A DNA stretch of 64,000 nt from a bacterium (GTDB lineage: Bacteria; UBA8248; JACPRG01; G963555815), in contig CBDHDG010000004.1 of assembly GCA_965261595.1 (NCBI GenBank), positions 832,001-896,000 on the forward strand, in the 5' to 3' direction. Shown piece after piece: positions 43,501 to 54,490 of the stretch. The translations under genes were made by a program, and so were the position numbers. Every line of letters begins with the position of its first letter. Positions within the stretch are counted from its first letter, which is position 1. The notes under the pieces are model-generated. The model ran no database searches, was not told the origin of the DNA, and was given only the letters and a program-made list of their open reading frames with translations.

Positions 43501-45051
43501 GTGACAGCTATGGTTCGCTTATTCCATCATAAGGACGAGACAATACATGGCGACCTTTTGATTGAGGAGAACTCGTCAGGTAGCCGAGTAGAGGTTTCTT
43601 ACGTCCCGCCTCCATTGAGGTTGGCTGAGTTCGGCATAAATCCTGATGAGGCAGGTAAATATGCAACAAAGCTTTTAGAGTTCGACACTGTTTCCGGTAA
43701 GTTTAGTATTTTCCCCATAAAGACAGTGGGTCCGAGTGAAACTTTTCTCAAACCAAAATATGAGAAGATACGGAAAATCACACTGACTGACGGGAACCCG
43801 GTAATCTTGACAAGTGCTGGGGACAGTGACTCGTTGAAAGACTATGCTCGTTCACTAACGTTCGGGCCTACGCAACATTTTGAAGACGATGTTGATGCTG
43901 CGGACATTGCAGAGTCGCCAGAGTCGACGGACCAGATTATGGAAATTCTGGAAAGCCTTCCATCTGGATTTACCAAAGATTATGACTACGGCCTGGGGCT
44001 TGCCAAATCGTACCGATTCATCGTGGAGGCCGTAGAAGAGCTAACGGACTGCACGGAGATCGTGATATCGGCGCAGGGTAAGACGAGTGTGGATGACGCA
44101 GGGACAATATTCCATATTGCAACTGAGGATTTTGAAACGATCCGCAAGATGCTGAATTCTACGACACGAATGGGTCAAGTTGTGGGAAGGTCCGTAAAAA
44201 GTGGAGAAGCATATAATTTCTTTGCTGAAATTCTTGGTCGACCGGAAATTCCAATAAAGGTGGGACGTCATCGGTTACGAAAACTGCTCACGAGAGCAGT
44301 GTTAGACGATGACACAAATCTGTCAGAGGAAGAACAAGAAGAGGTAATTGGTGTCATAACCCGGAGCATGAAGTCTATTTCGGAGAGCAGGCTTGAAACA
44401 CTGGTACGATTACGAAATGATATAGAGCTCGTCAATCTTGGAAGTTTGATCGATCGCTTCCGGGTGATGCTTGGAGGAAGTCATGCCGAGTCTGTATGGC
44501 AAGAATTCTTCAATGAGAACCCGTTCATTTTGAGCATGGCATTTGGGTATCCTATCATTAAGGTTGGACAGCAAGCATTTATCGGAGGCCGAAAGCTCTC
44601 CGGAAGAGGAGAGAAGATCACGGATTTTCTAGTGAAGAATACTATGACGAACAACACGGCGGTAGTAGAGATAAAGACACCGGGCGCGAAACTCTTGAAG
44701 GAAAAGCAGTTTCGGGGCGGCGTTTTTTCGCCATCAAAGGACCTTTCGGAATCCACTATTCAAGCACTCGATCAGAAATATCAACTTCAACGTGATATTT
44801 CTGGAATAAAGGACAGAAGTAGAGAGCCTGATATTGAATCTTATGCCGTCCAATGCTGCTTAGTAATTGGGACCATGCCGGAGACAGACGACGAGAAAAA
44901 ATCCTTCGAACTCTTTAGAGGAAATTCAAAGGATGTGCAGATCGTTACATTCGATGAACTGTTGGAGAAATTGGTCCGATTGAGAGACCTATTGGCGTCC
45001 TCTGACGATGCCGAGGAGGAGCTATCGCCTGAGGTGGACGTACCGTTCTGA
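43501..45051 (+). CDS. sduA: Shedu anti-phage nuclease (DUF4263) with a long N-terminal domain
   Basis: WQEFFNENPFIL, ITDFL, VVEIKTP, Q.LDQ, I.TFDELL in the C-terminal half. Confidence 0.85.
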   Translation: MTAMVRLFHHKDETIHGDLLIEENSSGSRVEVSYVPPPLRLAEFGINPDEAGKYATKLLEFDTVSGKFSIFPIKTVGPSETFLKPKYEKIRKITLTDGNPVILTSAGDSDSLKDYARSLTFGPTQHFEDDVDAADIAESPESTDQIMEILESLPSGFTKDYDYGLGLAKSYRFIVEAVEELTDCTEIVISAQGKTSVDDAGTIFHIATEDFETIRKMLNSTTRMGQVVGRSVKSGEAYNFFAEILGRPEIPIKVGRHRLRKLLTRAVLDDDTNLSEEEQEEVIGVITRSMKSISESRLETLVRLRNDIELVNLGSLIDRFRVMLGGSHAESVWQEFFNENPFILSMAFGYPIIKVGQQAFIGGRKLSGRGEKITDFLVKNTMTNNTAVVEIKTPGAKLLKEKQFRGGVFSPSKDLSESTIQALDQKYQLQRDISGIKDRSREPDIESYAVQCCLVIGTMPETDDEKKSFELFRGNSKDVQIVTFDELLEKLVRLRDLLASSDDAEEELSPEVDVPF

Positions 45052-45570
45052 ATCGGCAAGTGGGTTCTATTCAAGTGGATTAGGAATGTTCGTCATGCAT
45101 GGCCCGAGTGAAGTGGCAGGAAAACCTGAAGAGGTGTGGAGACCATGGGTTTAAAAAAGTGTCGGAATGGAAGAGTATCGGCGGGTTTGCATACAGTGGC
45201 GCATTGATATTGCTGGAAACGGTAGCTGGGTGTTATTTGGGAGATGTTCGAATGCAAGGCCATAACGCGGCAGTTCGGGTTGCGATGGACACAGGTTTGG
45301 CTGCGTGGACGGGGAGCGTGGACTGTGTGGACCCTGCGGAACGGGGAGTGCGTGGGCTGTGGAATCGCTGTGTGGTTGGGGCAGGCACAAGTGCGCTTGA
45401 CCCAGAAGATTTCGGGTGTGGTGGACTTACCCCGGTTTGGTGGAGAGTTAAGCACTTGGGTTTTCAGGGTGTGCGTTGTTGTCTCCTTTCGTAGTTAACG
45501 GGTGACAGGTTGTCGATGGAGGAGTACCGGGCAAATCTGGCTTGTAATCAATGAATAGGGGCGGAGCGGA

Positions 45571-47418
45571 ATGCAGGTTAGCCGACTGACGCTGGAGAAC
45601 TTTCGAGGAAGCAAGTCTGCCGAGCTTGAATTCGATGGACATACGTTACTAATCGGCGGGAACAATGTCGGCAAGTCCACGATTTGCGAAGCACTTGAGC
45701 TTGCGCTCGGGCCGGACAGGCAAAGGCGGTTTCCTGTCGTTGAGGAGTACGACTTCTACAACGCGGTCTACTTGGACGAGAACGAAGATCCGGTAGAAAT
45801 CCGGATCGAGGTGCTGTTGACGGACGTGACGCCGACGATTGAGAAGGCTTGCGGCAACTATCTGGAGCGCTGGGACCCGGCGAACCGGCGGATTCTTGGT
45901 CAAGGCGAGATTGGCCAGGTCGATGGTGCAGGGTTCGTTTGGTGCCTGCGGCTCTTGACCGTTGCACGCTACGACCAGGAAGAGGACGAGTTCGAGGCGG
46001 CGACGTACTACGCTAGGGCCTATGACCCAGAGGATGAGGACGACAGCCGTGTTCCCCGGGCGATTAAGCGCAACTTCGGTTTTCTTTACTTGCGTGCCCT
46101 TCGCACCGGGTCCAGGGCGCTCAGCTTGGAGCGCGGGTCGCTCCTGGACGTGATACTCCGCATTCAGAGCCTTCAGACAGGTATTTGGGAGCATGTCCGA
46201 CGGCGGCTAGAAGCATTAGACCCGCCCATTGAGGAAGGCGCCGCCAAACTTACACCGGTGCTTCGGACCATCGAAGCCCGTCTCGCCGAGTACATTGCGA
46301 TCGCCAAACCGGGCGAAGCGACACGCTTGTTCGTGTCGCAGCTGACACGCGAGCATCTTCGCAAGACCCTAAGTTTCTTCATCTCCGTCACGGAAGACCA
46401 GAAGCCTGTTCCATTTCAGGACGTCGGAACGGGAACGCTTAACACCTTGGTGCTGGCGCTTCTGAGTTTCATCGCCTAGCTCAAGGAAGAGAACGTCATC
46501 TTCGCCATGGAGGAGCCGGAGATCGCGCTCGCTCCCCACACACAGAGGCGAATTGCGACCTATCTCTTGACGAAGACGACCCAGTGCTTCGTCACCTCAC
46601 ACTCGCCGTACGTGATCGAGACCTTCGATCCTGATCGCATCGTCGTCCTGCGGAGGGACAACAAGGGGACAGTCACGGGCAAGCGGGTAACTCTCAGCGC
46701 GGATGTGAAAGCGAAGACGTATCGCCGCTATATCCGTCGCGGGTTTGCGGAGGCCATGTTGGGCCGCGGTGTCGTCGTGGCTGAAGGGATCACAGAGCAG
46801 TTGGCCCTCCAAGCGGTGGCCGAGAAGCTCGAGTCTTCCGATGATGCCCGATATCCGCTGGATCTGTCGGGCATCACGGTGATCACAACGGATGGCGATG
46901 GCAGCATCGCGGAGTTCGGACGCTTCTTCGTGTCGCTCGACCTGCCGACCTTTGCCTTTTTTGACAAGAGGGAACGGTCCGCGAATGAACAGAAGGCTTT
47001 GGACGAGGCCGGTTTTCAGATCCTCAACGAGACTGCGTACGCCGGCATGGAGGACCTGCTGGCCGCTGAGGTTCCGTTGAAGCATCAGTGGGCATACCTT
47101 GAAGGGGTTCGGGAGTCTGGCGTTGCGCCCAAGATTCTGATACCCGCAGCACCCCCGGGTGATGACAAGATTCGCAATTTCACCCGTCAGGTACTGAAGG
47201 ATAGCAAAGGATGGGGTCGGGCGGCCGACTTGATCGAACGCTGCGAGGTGGTCGAGTTGCCACCCACTATCGTCGGATTTCTTGAGCGGATTTACGCACA
47301 GTTCCCGCGTCCCAAGAGACCGGAGATTGCCGGGCCTGACGGAGAGGCGGCGGAAGATCCAGCAGAAGGAGCCAAGCCCGCTGGTGCTGTGGAGCCGCAG
47401 CCTGCGGAGGATGCATGA
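45571..47418 (+). pseudogene. gajA: OLD-family ATP-dependent nuclease (GajA-like) with an in-frame TAG at 46477-46479
   Basis: LENFRG, GGNNVGKST, GTGT, Walker B EEPE..L.PH, VTSHSP, TOPRIM VVAEG.TE; both ORFs in the same frame. Confidence 0.8.
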
Positions 47419-49148
47419 CCTTCGTTTCCTGTCCCGATCGAGACCGCGTTCTAGCAGCGGACGGTCATGTTGTCGTTACGGGAGGACCTGGCTGCGGAAA
47501 AACAACGGTTGCGCTCCGCAAAGCGTTGCTACGGGTTGGAGCCGGGTTGCTGGCGGGTCAGAAGGTGCTGTTCCTCAGCTTCTCTCGGGCGGCTGTTGCC
47601 CGCATCGTACAGGCGGCTCGTAAGGACTTGCCGAGAGAGTCCCGCAGGGATCTCGACATTCAGACCTTTCACTCATTCTGTTGGCAGCTCGTACGGGGGC
47701 ATGGTTATCTCCTGGGTGCTGTGTCACCGATAAGCCTGCTGCCCCCGCACGATGAACGTGCGATACGCAACGGCGCCAGGAACTACGACCCGGTCTGGGA
47801 TGCCGAACGGGAACGTCTCTTCCTCGAAGAGGGGCGCATCGCCTTCGATCTGTTCGCGCCCAAGGCTCTCGCGCTTCTTGAGGGGAGCGCAGCGCATAGG
47901 CAGCTGATCGCTGATCGCTATCCGCTAATCATCGTGGACGAGGCGCAGGACACGGGCACGGAGCAGTGGGCCTGCATGGAAGCGCTCGCCAACCTCACTC
48001 AGCTCGTGTGCCTTGCCGACCTAGAGCAGCAGATCTACGGCTTCAGGCCTGACGTGAGTCCTGAGCGCCTTAAACAGATCATGGCAGCGCTTGAACCGTT
48101 GGAGGTGGACCTTGGTGTTCAGAACAACCGCAGCCCTGGGGCGGAGATCGTCAAGTTCGGTAACGATATCCTCGCACAGACGCCGCGAGGTTCCGCCTAT
48201 ACGGGTGTCAGCCAGCGGATGTTCCACCCAGAGGCTGCATCGCGCGACAGTGCCATTCGCAGCGCCGTAGGGATGCTCTGGAAAAGGACCACCGAGACGA
48301 CGGGGGCGCCACCGCAGAGCATTGGCTACCTGACGAACTGGGGTAAAGGTGTAACGATCATCGCCCGTGCACTTCAGGGCGGCGACGGCATCAAGGAAAT
48401 CCCGCACCGTGTTGTCATGGACGAGGCCGAGGTGCTCCTCGCTACACGTGTCGTTGCCCTTTGCCTGGAACCGGTCAGAGATCGCTGGGCAACTCTGGCA
48501 AGCGGGCTTGACTTGATTGGCAAGTTGTACCGGGCGCGGGGCACAGCGAAGAAGGTTGAGCAGCTAGGCAGAAACGCCGCTGATGCTCGCGAGGAAAGGG
48601 TGCGGGGAAACGCAAAATGTCCACATGCCCTGAAGGATATTCTTGAGTATCTGCAAGCCAATCCCCACAGCGGAAGTCCCGGGCGGGATTGGCTGAGCGT
48701 CCGGGGCATGTTTGAGGCCAGCGGCGCGGCGGAGCTGCGGTTGGTTGCTCGTCAGGTCATTTATTTGATGGGTTTTAACCGCGGACGACGGATTTCTGAT
48801 GCCCTTGCCGAGGTTTGGCAGCGGCGTGCAAGCTACGAGGGGGCGCGTGCCCTCATCGAAACGGCGGTTACCGAGGACCAGATCATCGGCAGCGATGGTG
48901 GCTTGAGCGGCATCAACGTAATGATCATGCACAAATCCAAGGGGAAGGAATTCGACGGGGTGATCATCCTGCACTTGGGCAATAGCATGTCGCCTTTGTC
49001 ACCAGACTATGAGCGGGCACCGCATTTGAAGAGTCGACGATTGCTCCGGGTTGGGATAACGCGGGCGAAGCAGCACGTTCTGATGCTGACCGATGCGTAT
49101 AGTCATTCGCCACTCCTGAAGAGACACAGTCTCAATCGCCAAGGATGA
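47415..49148 (+). CDS. gajB: UvrD/Rep-like SF1 helicase (GajB-like)
   Basis: GGPGCGKTT, TFHSF, IIVDEAQD, HKSKGKEFD.V, VGITRAK; ATGA overlap with the OLD gene. Confidence 0.8.
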   Translation: MTFVSCPDRDRVLAADGHVVVTGGPGCGKTTVALRKALLRVGAGLLAGQKVLFLSFSRAAVARIVQAARKDLPRESRRDLDIQTFHSFCWQLVRGHGYLLGAVSPISLLPPHDERAIRNGARNYDPVWDAERERLFLEEGRIAFDLFAPKALALLEGSAAHRQLIADRYPLIIVDEAQDTGTEQWACMEALANLTQLVCLADLEQQIYGFRPDVSPERLKQIMAALEPLEVDLGVQNNRSPGAEIVKFGNDILAQTPRGSAYTGVSQRMFHPEAASRDSAIRSAVGMLWKRTTETTGAPPQSIGYLTNWGKGVTIIARALQGGDGIKEIPHRVVMDEAEVLLATRVVALCLEPVRDRWATLASGLDLIGKLYRARGTAKKVEQLGRNAADAREERVRGNAKCPHALKDILEYLQANPHSGSPGRDWLSVRGMFEASGAAELRLVARQVIYLMGFNRGRRISDALAEVWQRRASYEGARALIETAVTEDQIIGSDGGLSGINVMIMHKSKGKEFDGVIILHLGNSMSPLSPDYERAPHLKSRRLLRVGITRAKQHVLMLTDAYSHSPLLKRHSLNRQG

Positions 49149-49166
49149 TGCGTCGGGACATGTTGG

Positions 49167-50848
49167 CCCGCATTTCCCATTTAGATCATAAGATTGGACA
49201 GACCGAAAGGCGCTTTTTCATGTAAAATCAGCGTGTTGGCTTCCCCCTGCCACGTTCTCGCGGGGGAACCCTATGGGTGAAGCGAAAAAGACGGCATTGA
49301 GGGTCCATTTTACCCGCAGGCTGAGGCTTGACTTTCACGGAGCCAGAATCACTTCAGATGCAGGATTACTGGTCTGCCGGGAGTTGGATGATGCGCTGGG
49401 TTTGACGGTGAGAGCGCCAGCCCACTTGCAAGAGATCCGTCATGGCCGGAACGTCCAGCATGAGCTGGTGCCGCTATTGCGCCAGTCAGTCTATAGTCGC
49501 CTGGCCGGGTACGAGGACACCAACGATGCCGAGCGATTGGCGAGAGACCCTGCTATGCAAGCCGTAGTTGACCGGCGGGCACTTGAGAAGCAGGCGGCCA
49601 GTACCAACACATGGAGCCGGTTCGAGACGGAAGTTCTCTGCAGCGAGGAGAACCTGAGTAGGCTGAGGCAACTGAACGCGGAATGGGTAGAGCGGGCCAT
49701 GAGCCGCACGCCGCATCAGCGGGTCATCCTGGACATGGATAGCTCGGAAAGCCGGGTGCACGGACAGCAGGAAGGGACTGCCTATAACGGTCACTTCGGT
49801 TCTCTGTGCTACCATCCCTTCTTCTGCTTCAACCAGTTTGGGGACTGCGAGGGGGCGATGTTGCGTCCGGGCAACGTTCACAGCGCCGATGGGTGGCGAA
49901 AGTTGTTGGAGCCCATCACGGCCCGCTATGAGCACGCTGATGTTAGCCGTTACTTTCGGGCCGATGCCGCCTTTCCGAGCCCCGAGGTCTATGAGTACGT
50001 TGGAAGAGCGTGGCTTCCTCTACGCCATCCGGCTCCCTGCGAATGAAGTGCTCTACCAACGGATCGACTTCCTGCTGACCCGCCCGGTCGGTCGCCCGCC
50101 CAAGAGACCCATCATCTTCCATTACGACTTCCGGTATCAGGCTGGAAGCTGGGACCACCCCCGAGGGGTCGTGGCGAAGGTGGAATGGCACTCAGGCGAA
50201 CTCTTCCCTCGCGTCGGATTCATTGTCACGAACCTGACGGCTCGACCCGAGGGGGTCGTGCACTTCTACAACCAGCAAGGCACAGCCGAGCAATGGATCA
50301 AGGAAGGCAAGTACGCCCTGAACTGGACACGCCTTTCCTGTCACCGGTTCGTGTGCAACCAGGTGCGGCTCCTTCTCTTCGTCGTGGGGTACAACCTGGG
50401 CAATTTCCTGCGGAGGCTTGCCTTGGCCCAGGGGGCTCAAGCACTGGTCGCTGCGAAGCCTCCAGGTCAAGCTCATCAAAATGGGCGGCCGGATTGTGCG
50501 CCATGCCCGGCACATCATCTTTCAGTTGGCCGAGGTAGCCGTATCCAGGGAGGTGTTCGCTCTCATCCTGGACCGGATCAACCGATTGCGGCCCGTACCT
50601 GTCTAACCGCTCTCAGCGCAGTCCACCCGAGGACATAATGGTGAATGTTCTGTCCCTTCCAGATGACCTGCTGGGAAGGCTCGCCTACCCGGAGGGGTGG
50701 CATGATTTTCAATGGTGGATAACGCTCCGATTAGGGTTTCAGGCACCTGAAATGGGATTGACAGGTCCGGGAGAGAGGGGTCTAATTGACTTAAACAGCA
50801 ACGAGGGGTCGGTACAGGCCTGTCCGGATTTGATATGGGAAATTCCGG
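49167..50848 (+). mobile_element. IS1380-family element copy 2, transposase frameshifted twice
   Basis: Same IRs as 34290-35956; 5-bp target duplication GTTGG (49162-49166 / 50849-50853). Confidence 0.92.
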
Positions 50849-50966
50849 GTTGGGGGAACGAACCACGATTATCCACTTGACACAGTAAGCCACCATATGT
50901 AGTGACCCACACGATTGATCCAAAACCACAAGATGTAGTAGGGTGAATTTTGAAATGGCTTGAGGG

Positions 50967-52375
50967 TGGAGTTACCCCGTTTCAGTGGACAGTTTAGGGC
51001 TGTCGTCCTCAGCCCTGAGGTGGGCGACAGCCGGTGGACGTACAGTCTTCTCCCTATCCGATAGATAGGGTGCCCCCGGGGGGTATGTCTTGACCTTTGG
51101 CTCGCTGCTCCGGGAAGCACCGGGGACGGCTCGAGCCGGACGATGAGCGTTGCGCACTGCACGTGGCGTTTCCTTCGCCACGGCGCGTTCGAAGTCGTTG
51201 GGGCTGAGGTAACCCAGGGCCGAATGACGACGGCGTGGGTTGTACCAGCCTTCGATGAATTGGAAGATCGCCATACGCGCTTCGGCCTGGGTACGGAACG
51301 AGCGCCGGTCGATGAGCTCGCACTCCAGCGTGGCGAAGAAGCTCTCGGCCATGGCGTTGTCGAAGCAATCCCCGGCCGACCCGGTCGACGGGCCACCCCC
51401 ATCTCCCGGCACCGCTTCCCAAAGGCAAGCGAGGTGTACTGCGAGCCCTGGTCGGAGTGATGTACGACCCCTTGGGGGCGGCGCTGTCCCAACGCCATGT
51501 TCAGCGCCCCGAGCACCAGTTCGGTGCGAAGATGATGGGCTATCGACCATCCCACCACCCGGCGGCTGAACACGTCGAGCACGATGGCCAGGTACACGAA
51601 CCCCGCCCAGGTCGGCACGTAGGTGATGTCGGCCACCCAGATTCGGTCCGGCCCATCGGCCTGGAACTGGCGTTCGACCCGGTCCGGGACCACACAATGG
51701 CTCTGGTCCACGCGCGTAGTGCGCATACCTCGGCGTCGGCTCACCCCGGCCAACCCTGCCTCGCGTATCAGACGAGCCACCCGTTTGCGGCTCACCCGGC
51801 AGCCGCCGGCCATCAGCTCGGCATGAACCCGAGGCGACCCGTAGGTGCCACCAGATGCCTCGTGGATGGCCCGTATCGTGCCCCCCAGCACCTCGTCGCG
51901 CTTCGCACGAGGAGAACGCCCACGGCCTCGCCACGCGTAGTACCCGCTGGGGGAGACGCCCAGCACCCGGCACATCGTGGCCCCCGATGATGGGCCTGAT
52001 TCGCCTTCACGAGCTCGAGGACTTCGCCCGGACCGAGCCGGTCTCCCGAGCGAACCAGGCCGTAGCTTTTGCCAGTATCTCGTGTTCTTCGCGAAGCTGA
52101 CGATTGTCCCGACGAAGCCGCCGTAGCTCCTCGAGCTCTGAGCTTGTCAGACCGTCCTCACGACGGCCCTCGTCGCGGTCGGCCTGGCGCACCCAGTTGC
52201 GAATCGCCGAAGCGGAACACTCGAACTCCCGGGCCAGCTCCCCGGGCGTACGGCCCGAGCGAACCAGCTCAACCATCTGGCGCCGGTATTCCGGCGCGTA
52301 GGGTGAATGAGTTTTCGGCATCTGAACACCTCCTCCGCACAGTCTGAAGGTGTCCACAAAAACGGGTCAACTCCA
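50967..52375 (-). mobile_element. IS3-family element (IS51/IS3-like), OrfB frameshifted
   Basis: IRs TGGAGTTACCCCGTTT / AAACGGGTCAACTCCA; OrfA Y.PEYR...VELV; OrfB YGSPRV, WVADITY, HHSDQGSQY, DNAMAESFF. Confidence 0.9.
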
Positions 52376-52636
52376 CTGTTCAGTCCATCGGGAACGAGAC
52401 TGTCGGTGGAGCACAGGCTGATTCCGACCAATCAGGTGATGCTGCTGGGTGTGGTGAAGTCGGTGTTCGTGCACACGGTTGGCGGCGAGGTGCAAGTGAG
52501 CCCTGCGCCCACGGCGAGCGAGGAGCGGGGAATCCCCATTCCGAACGACTTGGGTCTGTGCACGAGAGCGGACGAGCTGCTCTACTTCGAAACGCATTTC
52601 CGGGATGTCATGGAGCGCAAGGGGCCCGGCGGATAG
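52376..52636 (+). pseudogene. 3' fragment of an unknown gene truncated by IS3
   Basis: Open frame from the IS end to TAG with protein-like composition; family not recognised. Confidence 0.3.
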
Positions 52637-52877
52637 CGGAACCACACCCTTCGTGACAGGCGATGGTGCGGGGCGGCGAAGGGTTCGGCCGGCCGTGCGT
52701 GTCTCATCTCCCGTCATCGCTTACCGAGGGCGAGTAAAGTGCATTGGGCACTATCGGAGCGATGAACGACCCCGTCGTGTTGCGCCCGCCCGGGCTCCAC
52801 GCTCCCGCATGGGTGGACGGGCCGGTTCCGGGTTATGGTGAACGGTCGGTCCCGCGCTCCTGGAGAGTCTCGATGCT

Positions 52878-53422
52878 GTGCCGCGCTGCCATGAGAGGCT
52901 GGAAGACGGCGGACATTGGTGCATTCCGTACGCGAACTGGATTGCGCAGGGTATGTTCGATTTTGTCCGGGGCACGATCGATACCAGGGAGGCGTACAAG
53001 CGCGCGGGCAAGGCGCCCGACGCTGCGGTAGCCGGATTCTCGTCCTGTCTTGTCATGTCGGTCGCGATGGTGGCGGAGATCTCCCTGAAGACCCTTCTGA
53101 CGCAGGAAGGGAGGACGCCGCGGGATTTTCGGAAATGGGGCATGACCTGCGAACGCTGTATGGCAAGTTGACGGACGAAACGAAGGCAAAGATTAGGGTG
53201 AAGTACGACTCCCTGGGGAGGCCCTATCGCGACTGGAAGGGGCCGGACGAGCTTGAGGAGATACTTCGAAGAGAGAGGCATAACTTCGTGTCGTGGCGAT
53301 ACCTAGCAGAAGGCCACGATGCGTCGCTGACCAGCAACCCCTATCACCTGGCCGCGGTGGGCTATGCGGTGTTTTCAATCCATGTGGGCGAAACGGACTT
53401 GCCGAAGATCGGCTCGCCATAG
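52878..53422 (+). pseudogene. HEPN-like protein, frameshifted near 53140
   Basis: AEISLKTLL...GHDL..LY..L...F..WRY..E spread across two frames. Confidence 0.5.
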
Positions 53423-53429
53423 CCGGACG

Positions 53430-53615
53430 CGTCCGGGGAACGGTGCGACCGTGACCTGGCAGCCGGGGCGGATCACGGGGCGGGCCAGCGCCGTGGAAGT
53501 CTACAAGTTCGAGTCGACGGAGCTTCGGGCTCGGGACAGCATCCGGCGGACGCGCAACGACGCCGATTTGGGGCTCGTCAACAGCCAGACCGCCGAGGTG
53601 ACGGCGGTCGCGGAT
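53430..53615 (+). pseudogene. Fragment of a MobF/TrwC-like conjugative relaxase-helicase
   Basis: V.W.PG.I.G....VEVY.....ELRA.D.IR.TRND..LGLVN..TAEV. Confidence 0.55.
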
Positions 53616-53689
53616 ATCTGGGACCCGTCGGTGCTTCGTATCGGACCCGATGATGAACCGACTCCCCGGCGACCCCGGCGCCGAGCGCA

Positions 53690-53880
53690 GCCGGCTACAC
53701 GATCTGTGGCACGGCTTCGCCTCGCGGGCGCTCGCACTCGGTGAGGGCCTCCCGATCATCGGCCGACTCCTCGGTCACCGCCGGGTCGAGACGACCGCGC
53801 GCTATGCGCACCTTGCGCGCGACTCGATCAGGGAATCCGCCGAGCGAATCGCCGTCAGCATCGCCGCCGATATCCTCTAG
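53690..53880 (+). pseudogene. Tyrosine integrase C-terminal remnant
   Basis: RLHDLWH.FASRALALGE.LP.IG.LLGH....TTARYAHLARD. Confidence 0.85.
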
Positions 53881-54069
53881 GCGCTTCAATTCCGGTGACC
53901 CTAGCCACGTTCATGCTTCTTTTGCCAGAATGGCCCAAGCCGCATGCAGAACGCCGTCTAGCCCTTTGACTGTGCGGGCTTTCCTAGACCGCCAGGCTAC
54001 GAAGTCCAACGCGCCCGTCATCGCTCCGCAAGCGGTTGGATTCAATCTGCTGTCCCTGGCCGGCGTCCT

Positions 54070-54330
54070 TTGGCACCTTGCCGGGCTCCCACCTCGCCGA
54101 TCTGCAGCGACCCTGGCGGCGCATCCGCGAGCGCGCCGGGCTGGAAGATGTACGAATTCACGTTCTCCGACATTCTTTTGCTTCCCGTGCGCTGGCACTG
54201 GGCGAAAGCGTTACGATGATCGGGAAGCTCCTGGGTCACACCCAAGTCCAAACGACGGCGCGATACGCGCATCTTGCCCGCGATTCCATCCAGACTGCCG
54301 CGCACAGATCACGAAAAGCATTGGGGCAAT
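54070..54330 (+). pseudogene. Tyrosine integrase C-terminal remnant
   Basis: W.RIR.RAGLEDVRIH.LRHSFASRALALGE...IGKLLGHTQVQTTARYAHL. Confidence 0.85.
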
Positions 54331-54394
54331 CTGGTGGCCGGCAATGGTTCCGATCAAACCGCTCCGTAGCGCTCTACGGGGTCAATGACAAAGC

Positions 54395-54490
54395 TTCGCA
54401 TCCTGGGTGCCGACGCGCGGCCAAAATTCCCTGGTCATCGGCAAAATGCTCGGTCACAGCCGGATCGAGACGGCGCGCTACGCCCATAAG
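54395..54490 (+). pseudogene. Tyrosine integrase C-terminal remnant (short)
   Basis: SFAS....G....VIGKMLGHSRIETARYAH. Confidence 0.7.

Noticed and set aside
45060..45560. G/T-skewed spacer between Shedu and the OLD nuclease as a possible ncRNA or small gene
   Set aside because: ORFs look non-coding, no convincing structure was found, and it includes an IS3-like end (TGGACTTACCCCGG near 45422), so it is probably mobile-element debris.
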